A DNA stretch of 64,000 nucleotides from Acidobacteriota bacterium (lineage in GTDB: Bacteria > Acidobacteriota > UBA6911 > RPQK01 > JAJDTT01). Positions 51,074 through 61,300 of the stretch are shown here, piece by piece. The translations under genes were made by a program, and so were the position numbers. The notes beneath the pieces were generated by a model. The model was not told the origin of the DNA, did no database searches, and saw only the letters and a program-made list of their open reading frames with translations. Position 1 is the stretch's first letter. Every line of letters starts with the position of its first letter. The DNA lies in assembly GCA_965263035.1 (NCBI GenBank), contig OZ253580.1, positions 1 through 64,000 of the forward strand, written 5' to 3'.

Positions 51074-52387
51074 TATCCATTCTACGTACTCTCAATACTC
51101 CAAACCTACGAGGCCTTTATGCCTAGTGAGCTCTCTATTACTTCCTACGGTCACTGTTACTATGTCCTTATTATTGCCAACTTAGTTAAGGCAGGCATAC
51201 CTCGTAGCGACGATCAACTAAATACATGTTTTTACTTTGCAGAACGCTTAGCATTTGAAATTTATCGGATTGCAAGGAAATCCAACTCGGGGTCGTTGGA
51301 TTTTGACAAGTTTGTGGCGGACTACAGAAATCAATATATAATTTCGCGATCGGTCCTGAGTAGGTTGATGCATCCCGATTTTGGAATCATCAATACAGAA
51401 GGTCAATTCAAAACAGCGTACATGTACTACTTCTTTCTGGGCAGGTTCCTCTCGAAGAACCGCAGCACACACATATCCATAATTGAGAATATGTGTGAAA
51501 ATAGCCACGTGACTTCGAACCACCTGACGCTTCTTTTCGTTATTCATCATACTGATGATAGACAAATAATTGATGACATATTGCTTAGGACAATGTGCAC
51601 ACTGGACACTGTGCAACCCGCGGTTCTAGATCGAACGGAAACTCGGAGATTCAAGGATATCATTGCCGGGCTCCCCACAAATATACTCTCCAATGATAGT
51701 GTGGTGAAGGAAAGGAAAAGACAGAGGGATGGTCGCGACTTGACCGAGAAGCAAGACGGGTACGATGGTGATACGGATGGCATCGATCAACAAAGCCTGG
51801 TTAACGACATTTACAAAATCTTTAAAAATAACGAGATTATGGGGCAAATTCTACGAACCAAATACGGAACGTTAAAAAAAGAGACGATTGTGGAAATCAT
51901 CGAGACGATTGCGGACAGTGGGCTACGCCTTGTCAACTTTGTCCTCAAGGATGAAAAGGAAATAGCCGATACCGCCCACTACCTTCATGCGAAATATCCG
52001 AAGGATGATATAAAGAAGATAAAAAACTATCTTCAATTCTTTTCTTTTTTCTGGACGATAGTAAATGTTGAAAAAGTTGCTAGAGCCATAAATGTTCCAG
52101 AGATTATTGAAACGGTCGATTCAGTCGTTACGCGGAAGGGGTCGCCGGCGTACGATCTTATTGGATACTTCAGCCTGCTCGACAGTTCTCCGGAAATCTC
52201 AAGGAAAGTTAATAAACGACTAGGATACCTATTGAACACTCACAAGGACCTGTTTGTTAAGTGGGTGTTGTCAATTAGAACGCAATACTATATGAATACC
52301 CACGATAGTGGGGCATCGATGGAGCAATCGGTCTGTTCGTTGTTAGATATCAAGTATTCCTCAGCCCATCGTTCCTTACGACGGTAA
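51074..52387 (+). pseudogene. TIR-domain NTPase, 3' half
   Basis: Removing the transposon and one TSD gives in-frame NRIVPRYP|FYVLSILQ; 825 aa in total. Confidence 0.88.
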
Positions 52388-52599
52388 GTGGTAGAGTCAT
52401 ACGCGCGTAAAGAAGAGAACTGTCCCCCTTCTCCCGGTAGTGCAACTCTTGGAACTGCCTAAATGGCTCCCTGCTCGCCAACAACGGCTGCCGGGCTACC
52501 TCCATCGCCTTTTTGATTCGGGCTTCAGCCGGTGCTTCCTCGCCGGCTCGAGTACGTATTTGTCGTGTTCCTCCTCCCACCACACCATTGACTCGTCAT

Positions 52600-54337
52600 C
52601 CCAGATTATTCATGGAACATGTTGATAAGAGCTTCCAACCCGGCGTTTTCGTGCGATCGGAGCCCGGTTTCTCTTGAACCTCTGTCGATTCGACTGAATC
52701 GGCTCGAAAACAGGACGATTGAACCAGTCATTAACCGTTTACCGGCCAGGGGGACCGTCACCCGCCGACAGGTTGACTTTCCGGTGAGAAATCCCCACCG
52801 TTTCGGTCCCTTCCACGGGCCCGTTTTCTCCTCCGTCCACTATCCCGGCGCCCAGGACACCCGCGCCAGTCTCTGCCACAACCGCTTCCAGTCCGTCGCC
52901 CCTTGACTGATGACGAAAATCAATCGCCTCCCCTGACGCAGCGCCCGACTCGCCACTCGCAACACCCGCTCGCGAAAACGACGCAGACTCCAGCCCCGAC
53001 GCGTCGCCTGCTCCATCAGCACCCGACCCAGGTGCAGGATCTCGTACCCCAGCAGATTCAGCAGGAACCGGACTTCGTTGTGGGGTCGAACGCCGGCCTC
53101 CGTCCTCGCTTCCGGCTTGGCTTCCGACTTCAGCGGTTGGCCCCGATAGTGCGTCTTGGGCCGGCTCGCGGAGGACAAGGCCGGATCGAGCACGTCCATG
53201 AACTCCCCCATGTGGCCTTCCGCCTTCCCCCGCTTTCGATACTGTGCCAGCAACTCCTGAGCCTCGTATCGTTTCCGGCTCAGGCTCGTCAGCAACCAGA
53301 AATGATCCGGATACAACTCCCCCGGTCGCTCCCGCACCACCAGCACCACCCGGAGCGTCAACTTCAGCGCCTTTTTCCCCAGGTAGCTGGCTCCCGGAAA
53401 AATCTCCCCGTCGATCAGGTCCCCCGTCTCGGCACAACTCGCCACCAACCCGTGGTACATCCGCTGGCGATAGTATCCGTTCCATTCGCTTCCCGGGGGA
53501 TGCCCATGGACCTCGACCGGGAGACCGTCCACGTCCAGGTACATCGTCTTTTTCCGTCTCTTCTTCCGTGGGGTCTTTTTCCCCCGTTTTCGCCGCTGGC
53601 CTTCGATCATCTCGATCCGACGGCACGCCAGCTCCGTCACCGCCTGGTGCAGGACCGGAAGGTTCTCCTCCCGGCTGAGCGTGTCCAGCAGTCGGGACAA
53701 GGTCGGCTGCGACGCCAGCCCCTGGCCCTCCTCCAAGGCCGCCGTGCCCCGACGAGTCCGGCTCGCCACCCGCAAGCTCGGATCCTGACGCAGGCGGTCG
53801 GCGTCGGACTGGTCGCGCCAGCCCTGACCCAGCAGCAGGAGTCGAGTCCGCAGCAGATCCGACAGCGGATAGCGGATCGAACTCGGGTGTCGCGGATCGT
53901 GCAACCGCCCGGTCAACCAGTCGATGAGGCCGCTGCGATCCATCAGCTCCCGCTGCACCAGGGCTCCCGTGTCCGCACTGAGCAACTCGGGGCGGGTCTC
54001 GAGGCGGAGGGATCGGTTGAATGAGGGCCGGATCTGCGGTATCGTCTCAGGCATGGCGTGCTCCGTTCTTTGTGGTTGTTTCTTAGCACTATAATCATAC
54101 CACAAATGACGGGCACGCCGTCTCTTTATGCCGCCCTTGGAGGGGACGAAAACCGTGGAAATGCTTGGGTTTCGGCCCCCCTTGAATCCTGGGGTTAAAC
54201 CGACGTTGAAAACAAATATAGCGTTTCACCCAGGTCGGATCCCATCCGTTTTCTGTGGGTATCCGGTAACCCTCTGATCCGACTCGACATGACGGGCACG
54301 CTTGCTCATTTTATGTTTGCGTGATGAATAATCTGGG
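52600..54337 (-). mobile_element. IS1380-family element; transposase 52840-54054, possibly internally deleted
   Basis: Perfect TIR CCCAGATTATTCA; LSADTG, LASQPTLSR, LDVDG, YRKRGKAE. Confidence 0.85.
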
Positions 54338-54342
54338 ATTAA

Positions 54343-55686
54343 GGGGATTATCTACCAAACTATACAAATCCCCTATCACTTCGGCTTCTTATGGACACGA
54401 ATAGACGGGTCCGGTCGCTTGGCGTTGGCGAACATCCTACGGGCAACTTCCTCCGGTGTGGCATCCAATTTGATGATGCGGGTGACAGGGCGTCCACCTT
54501 TGTTCTTAGGTTTGGGTTTCTTCGCCATTCTCACGTTTCCCGAATGGACATATATCTCCGCTTTTTATTCTCTTTTCGCAAACCGATCAGTGTGTAGACG
54601 TTGGACTTGAGCCGGTTACACGGACCGCATCAATGGGCTGTGGACGGTTACTAGGCTCACGCAATCAAATCCCGGTAGTGTAGGAGCTTCCTGTCCATTC
54701 TCCGGACTATGAAGCCCATCTGTGTGTCCATTTCCCGGATGTTCTGTCTTCCAGCGAACTCCCGAACGTATTTGTGAGTGGGCTTGGACGAGAAGTGATG
54801 GAACGTCCCAACGTATCCCGGCTTGAGCATGCTCCACAGGGACTCGATGCCATTGGTATGAACTTGGCCCTTCACTTACTCTTGGGCGCTATGATTGACC
54901 GAATCGTGGGAGTATTCCTTCAGGCCGATGTAGGCGGGCGAGTCATCCGTGTAGACTTCCGACTCCGGGACCACAGTCTCACGTACGAACTTTACGAACT
55001 TCAGGAGGGTCTTTCCCTTGGGGTTCGGGACCACCTTGGGCGCCACCCGCTTGGTCTGCCGGTCTTTTATCCCGACGACAGCCGTCTTTCCCACGGCCCC
55101 ACGTCCTTCCATCTGGGCTCTCTTGGCCTTTGGCATGTTCTTCCGCTTCCCGCCCATGTAGTTTTCGTCCACTTCGACTGGACCCGGCATAACTGTTGGA
55201 TCACCGAAGAACTCCTCACGGATTCTCTGCATGAGATACCAGGCCGTCTTCTGCGTGATTCCCAGCCCCCTGTGGAGCTTCATCGAAGAGGTGCCCTTCA
55301 GTCCCGTAGTCATCATGTAGATGGCGAGGGCTCACTTCTGGAGGCCGATCTTGCTGGACTGCATGACCATGCCCTTGCGGACGCTGAAGTAACGTCGACA
55401 ATCCCGGCAGTGGTAAGGCATGGGTTTCCGGGACTTCACGGCCTTCGTATTGACTGAGCCGCAATCTGGGCAACATCTCTCGTTGCCCCAACGCTGCTCT
55501 TCAAACCACTTCTCGGCGGCCGTATCGTCGGGAAACATCCGAAGCAACTGGATGATGGTCAACCCTTCTCTATGGGCCTTTCCGGGGGCTTTCTTCGCTG
55601 TTCTCTTTGTTCCTTTCATGTGTAGTATTCGACCAGAATCCACTGACACTTTTCAACGGATTAGTGTAGTATGGTATATAATCTCC
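54343..55686 (-). mobile_element. Second IS1595-family element, frameshifted transposase, essentially no cargo
   Basis: TIRs GGGGATTATCTACCAAACTA / GGAGATTATATACCATACTA; ATTAA remnant of TSD; fragments 55332-55619, 54876-55316, 54657-54875 (VEVDE, YTDD, HTNGIES). Confidence 0.85.
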
Positions 55687-55776
55687 CAAATTAAGGTAGG
55701 GAAAGTAGACTCCGAATGTTGAAATTGCACCCTCAAATCCATGACACATGGCTCCGCTGAGCGACGCCCGTTTGCA

Positions 55777-56925
55777 TGTCACCAGCACGTGAACTTGTCC
55801 GGTTTTATGACACGTGATCTGTCCGGTCGGTGAAAATGTGAACCCCCTCCTCGCGTCGCCTGGGGGCCGTCTGTGAGACTTCCGGTCAGACTTGGCCGGA
55901 AGCTTGACCCGACGCTTCCCAGGGCGCATCCGGCTCTCTGGAGTCCCGACTTCACGCCGCCTCCCTCCCTTGGTGCGCTTCCCCTGGGGTCCGCCCACCC
56001 AGCGCCGAGTGAGGCCGCTCCCCGTTGTAGAACTCCATCCACTCCCCGATCACCCGCTCGGCCTCGAATCCGTCCGCCAGTTCACGCAGGTAAACCGCTT
56101 CGTACTTCAGCTACCGCCAAACCCTTTGATGAACACGTTGTCCAGACAACGACCGCGACCGTCCATCGAGCACTGTGCCCCGGACGCCTGCACCCACTCG
56201 GTGAACGCCCGGCTCGTGAACTGCGCTCCCTGATCCGTGTTGAAGATCGTCGGTAGCCCTTGTGAGAGCGCCCTTTCCAGAGCCTCGACACAGAACTCGC
56301 TGTCCATCGTGTTGGACAACCGCCACGACAGCACGTACCGACTGCCCCAGTCCTTCACCGCCACCAAGTACAAATACCCCTTTTAGACAGGGATATACGT
56401 GATGTCAGGGCACCAGACCTGATGGGGCTCGTCGATCTTCAGGCCCCGGAGTAGGTAGGGGTAGACGCGGTGTTCCGATCGGGCAACGCTGGTTCTCGGC
56501 TTCGGGTAGATGGCCTCCAAACCCAGGAGCCGCATCAACCGACGAATCCGGTGCCGACCGACGAGGACCCCTTCGCGGCGCAGGTGGCGCCTCAGCTGCC
56601 GGCTGCCGTAGAACGGATACTGAAGAGACAACTCGTCCATGCGGCGCATCAGTGCGAAGTTCTCCGGGCCCTCCCCCTTCGGCGTGTAATACAGCGACGA
56701 TCGACTGATCCCCAAAGTAGAGAAGGTGACTGTCCCCTTCTCCTCCAGGAGGCTTTCATGACACGGTTCCCCCGGCGGCGAGAGATTCCGCAGGTCTTCG
56801 GTCGGCGCCCGGAAGGATCGCCTTGAAGAACTCGGCGTGGCGGCACATCCGATAGCTGTTGCCCCGGATGTTGACAATGTGGCAGCGGTGGAGCAACCGG
56901 GCCAAGAGCGCGGCGGCCATCACCT
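55777..56925 (-). mobile_element. IS21-family remnant (IstB C-terminus and right end) containing an IS3-family fragment (55872-56716)
   Basis: VMAAALLARLLHRCHIVNIRGNSYRM; repeated CCGGACA end motif ending TGACA; IS3 YLVAV.DW.SRYVLSW, FNTDQG. Confidence 0.7.
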
Positions 56926-56971
56926 CCTTCGGGATCTTTCATCCCTTAGATACAGCCCATTTCGGGCACCC
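56917..56971 (-). ncRNA. 5' fragment of the same group IIC intron family
   Basis: ATGGGCTGTATCTAAGGGATGAAAGATCCC identical to 37539-37568; preceded by a similar GGCGGCTGGAAA REP-like motif. Confidence 0.8.
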
Positions 56972-57086
56972 GAGGGGCGCCTTTCCAGCCGCCCGCCCGC
57001 ATCGGACTGGTTCAACTTACGTCTCACGGCCGAAACGAGGGGTCCTTCCGGTCCATGAGCCGCACCAGACCTCGACCTCCAGTTGG

Positions 57087-57300
57087 CTAAGTTGGAGGCA
57101 TGCTGGCCGAATGCCTCCATTTGCTCCGCCGACCGCCTGACGACCAACTCGGAGGGGGCACCAAGTTCTGCCGATAGGCCATGGCGTCGACCTGGACTTG
57201 ACAGGCCCTCTCCAATCGGTAGATGTAGAGAAACGCCGCCGCGACGGTTCGCTCCACGGTCAACAGACCATGATTGCGCAGGATCATGGTATTTGCATCC
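57087..57300 (-). pseudogene. Class II aldolase/adducin C-terminal fragment
   Basis: MILRNHGLLTV...AF...LERACQVQ. Confidence 0.75.
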
Positions 57301-57303
57301 TTT

Positions 57304-58377
57304 TCAAAAACTGCTGCGTCCTAGTAAATCGAGGGCAGTTTGCGGCCGTAATGGCTCGATATGGGCGAGTGCATTGCGCGCCTTGCGCAGCTGCCGGACG
57401 CCTCTGCGCAGGGCCCAAGTTCCTCCTCGCCGTACCACCGAATGTAGTTCCCCAATTTCCAAGTCATCAGGGTTCCTGGAGGCCATGCCATTTCGACGTA
57501 AGTGACGCCTAATCTCAGAAGCATTACGTCGCACGATCACACCGCGCCATGATTCAATTCGTGGAAGTAACACCGATGCTTGCGCACTCCATACCCGGCG
57601 GTTGATCTCACGCGGCGGTTCGTCGAGCGCGGCAAGGGCTGCGTGCACTTTACCCGATCCAGACGCGGTACCGAATCTCCACTCGGAAGGTGTTGCGATC
57701 GTCCAACCTCTATCGTGTGCAAACAAACGAAGTATCTCACACGGAGCCAGGATCGCGTTGATGTCCTCATCGACCAAGAGCTCGGCGGTTTCGAACTCCC
57801 AAGCCGCCACACGGGCGATTGTCATCGCCAACAAAACTGCTTCCGACTCAGCTATCCCCCGTCGCAAGAGACATTCATGCGCCCAGAACAGAATATCCAT
57901 TTCGCCAACTACGTTGTTCCAGTCGTGAACAGACATGCACACATCTGTATCCGGTGGATTCCCCAGCGGTGCACCCTCCAACGGCGCTACAAACAGAGTC
58001 CGTCCCAACGCCGATACGCTACGACAAGCGTGAGCGTACTTCGCGAGAAAGTCACGCCAGCAAAGCCAATTACTCGACGTCAAGTCGTCCAACCAGATTA
58101 GCCTTCCGCGGAATGCATCGTTTTCACAAATTACTGGCAAATCGTCGTCATGCATAGAAGAACCAGGCGCATACTGATTACATAATGACTCAAACGGAGA
58201 ATCGCCGGCGCTGAACCTGTTCATGACCAGAACATGATCCAATTTCGCCATCACGGAGTCGCAGAACCCATTCGGCATGGCGCCTGGGAACCTCGCAACT
58301 ACGTTGACTCCGTTGCGAAGAGATCGCTCCACCGCTTCCACGAATCGTACCGGACCTGGCAAGTCCCATAGTCTCAT
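57304..58377 (-). CDS. Hypothetical protein translationally coupled to the giant NTPase
   Basis: ATGA overlap; 357 aa; LIWLDD and C-terminal RNALAH motifs. Confidence 0.8.
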   Translation of the reverse strand: MRLWDLPGPVRFVEAVERSLRNGVNVVARFPGAMPNGFCDSVMAKLDHVLVMNRFSAGDSPFESLCNQYAPGSSMHDDDLPVICENDAFRGRLIWLDDLTSSNWLCWRDFLAKYAHACRSVSALGRTLFVAPLEGAPLGNPPDTDVCMSVHDWNNVVGEMDILFWAHECLLRRGIAESEAVLLAMTIARVAAWEFETAELLVDEDINAILAPCEILRLFAHDRGWTIATPSEWRFGTASGSGKVHAALAALDEPPREINRRVWSAQASVLLPRIESWRGVIVRRNASEIRRHLRRNGMASRNPDDLEIGELHSVVRRGGTWALRRGVRQLRKARNALAHIEPLRPQTALDLLGRSSF

Positions 58378-61300
58378 TTTGAGTTACGTTCTTTTAGAAG
58401 TCGCTTCAAAAGCGAATTGTAAGACCAATGGCCGTCGTCACGCCGCTCCAACAGATGTAGATGTTTCATCCAAGTAAAACGCCGCTTCAACGTGGTTTTT
58501 TCAAAAACGTTTTCGGAGGGACCGGCATCTTCGGCCAACTCCTGTGCAAGGGTGTTTGCTTGACTGATCGATTGGACGTTGTAGTCGACAAGTGTTTGTA
58601 CTTCGCGTTCAACCTGCTTCGAGTCAATTCCCAAGCGTTTCAGCCACTCTTCCCGATTATCGTTGACCATATTTTTGAGTGCATCCATGCGCGCCGGTCG
58701 CGAAAGTATTGACAGTTTATACTTCTCCACGACGGCTGACCAGCCACCAGAAACCTTCAACAACTCCTCCATCTCCTTGTTGTCTTGCAAATTATGGTCC
58801 GCACTCCACTGGCGTACAAAGGTTCGGTGCCACGGGCCCAATTCGGCCCACTCAACATTGTCAATACCCCGACAACCCTCGTCAATGTCGATAAGTGTTC
58901 TCCAGAGCGTATGCGGTTTTGCGACGAATACAACACGAATATAACGTCTATTCGTCATACGACGCCAAGCGTCCAGAGTTAGCTTTAACCACCGACAAGA
59001 CCACGGCGTGTCCAACGGAACCAGATAAATGTGTGTACCGCGTTTGGGATCCGGCCGGAGCTTCGTTATCTCCCGTTTGAATTGTTGCGCGTCTGCGTGG
59101 GGTGGCAACTTCCTGTACATCTCCGGATCAAACCGTCCCTTCAAGAAGATACTAATATGTTCGACCTTCGTTGCATCCACGCCCGACACAACCGTAACGC
59201 CGCCGCGCCGCTTCAGACGTCCCTCCTGTTCCGATGTCAGCGGACCACGTCTTCGTGACGAGTGATCACCATAGTAACGCCCATGAAACAATGCCGGCTC
59301 ATAGATCGCCGGCAGTTCACGATCTTCTCTGAGAAGCGTATCCGCAATAACGTTCTTGCTGCCCAGAAGCGCCCGAACATTCGGATTTCTAAGTGTGTAT
59401 CGTTTTTCGTCCCATTGACTCTTCTGGACTGCCCTCAATACACCCAAACCAACCATCTCATCAAGGAGTGCGCCGAACTCAGCGGCTGTTGAACTAAAGC
59501 CGGCGTCCCACCAACCTCGCGCCTCCTGCATGATCTCTGAACGATTCAACGCCTTCGCCAAGTTAGCACCATGACCTTCCAATTCCCGAGCAGTCTCGTG
59601 TGCAATCGCGTAGGCAATGACTTCATACCGCGGATCGAGTTTCAACGTTGCTAGAAATCGATCAAGAATATTCTGCCGTAGGTCATCCTTCCTGAATACG
59701 GTATAGACGTCATCCACCGTAATCTTGTACGGAAAACCTTTGTTCGAATCCCGCAAATACTCCACGAGCTTTGCTCCATAGAGTTGGATCAACGACGGGA
59801 AATAGTTTGTGCGAGCCAATATGTGGGTAACAATGTTTTCACGCTCGAAGCGGCAACCAATTACTGCCAACGGATCGCTGATCAGTTGTCTCGCCTCCTG
59901 CCATTCCCCGTTTGAAAGCAGCGGTCCGACACAAACAGGATTGCCGAGATGAATCAAAGGATGATTTGCCCTTTCTGTAGTACGCAGCACGTTGTGTAAT
60001 CCAGAGAACACCACCTTGAATTTTCGTTCAGTATCATCCATAAGACCCTTGAGGCGCGTGGACTCGGGAAAATCGTTCCTCGCATCAAGCTTGAGGAAGT
60101 TGTCTGCTTCGTCCAGAAGCAGCAGTAACTGCCTTTCATTGTCTTCGTTTATCCAATTCTTGACGGCTTGCATAAACTTCTCGATCACACTTGAATTGCT
60201 CCTAGGTGCTGTAGTGCCTTCGGGAAAAAGATCGTCACTAAGCTCGCGCCAAAGTAGGCGCCAGATATCCTCCGGTTGCTTATCCTCGCCGATCCCGCGC
60301 GATTTCAGATCGATCCATTTGGCGACTTTCCGTGCGCTGGGGTTGTGAAACTCCGCCTCGGCAGAACGGAGCAGCGCCGTCTTTCCAAGCTGACGGCCCC
60401 CGTATACAAAACAGCTGCCATAACGATCCTTTACCTTCTCGAGTTCCCTGCTGCGTCCAAAAAACATTTCAGGCGGCACCAAACTTGAGGTGGTCACGAA
60501 TGGTTCTGCCGCTGTAAACGGTGCGGCGCAACGGAATAACGTTGGTAAGCGTCCTGAGGGAATTACCGATAAGTACAGCACAAGCGTTTCATCTACTATC
60601 AACATGTGCCTCTGGGATTCCCTCGTTGCCCACTTGCGCAACAGCTCCCGATCCTCACCGAGACGGCCAAAGTGCAATACAATCGTTGGATGACTTCTTG
60701 CATCGCCGACCGACTGAATGATGGAGTCTCGGGCCGGCGTTCTCCAATTCAGCACAAACCTATATTTCCCATTTGCCGAGGAGCCATATATGTGCAACGG
60801 GCAAAGCGTTCGTTGTCGAAGGGGTTTTGTGGTCACCAATAATGATCCATCAGGCTTCTCTTCGACATCTTTCACGTCAAAACCCAGCATCTTCAAAAGC
60901 TTGACGATGGATTCATTGTGGACTCGGCCGCAGAGTGCTATCTCATACCACGTTGCCAAAATTTCTTCCGCTTGCTGTGCCTCATCCTCGGACATGGAGC
61001 TAAAGCTGATGCCTGCGATGTCGGTACGGCTTTCGGCTGCGCGAACAATATCGTCAGGTCCTGGACGTTCCGGACCGGCGAATAATTTCTCGATCCTGCC
61101 GGTTGCGGTCATGAATGAGTTGAAGTGATCAGGTTCGTGTCCGATGGCTGCGATGGGTTCACCGTCCCGCAATCGCCCCACCTGCTCAGCTACAGTCCTC
61201 CAGTCGCGGGACTCAATGGCTTCGCGAACCCGTTCCAGTTCTGCTTGGGAGAGATTCCGGTCCATCTCCTCCAAATCGTCCTCGTACTTCCTTTTAATCT

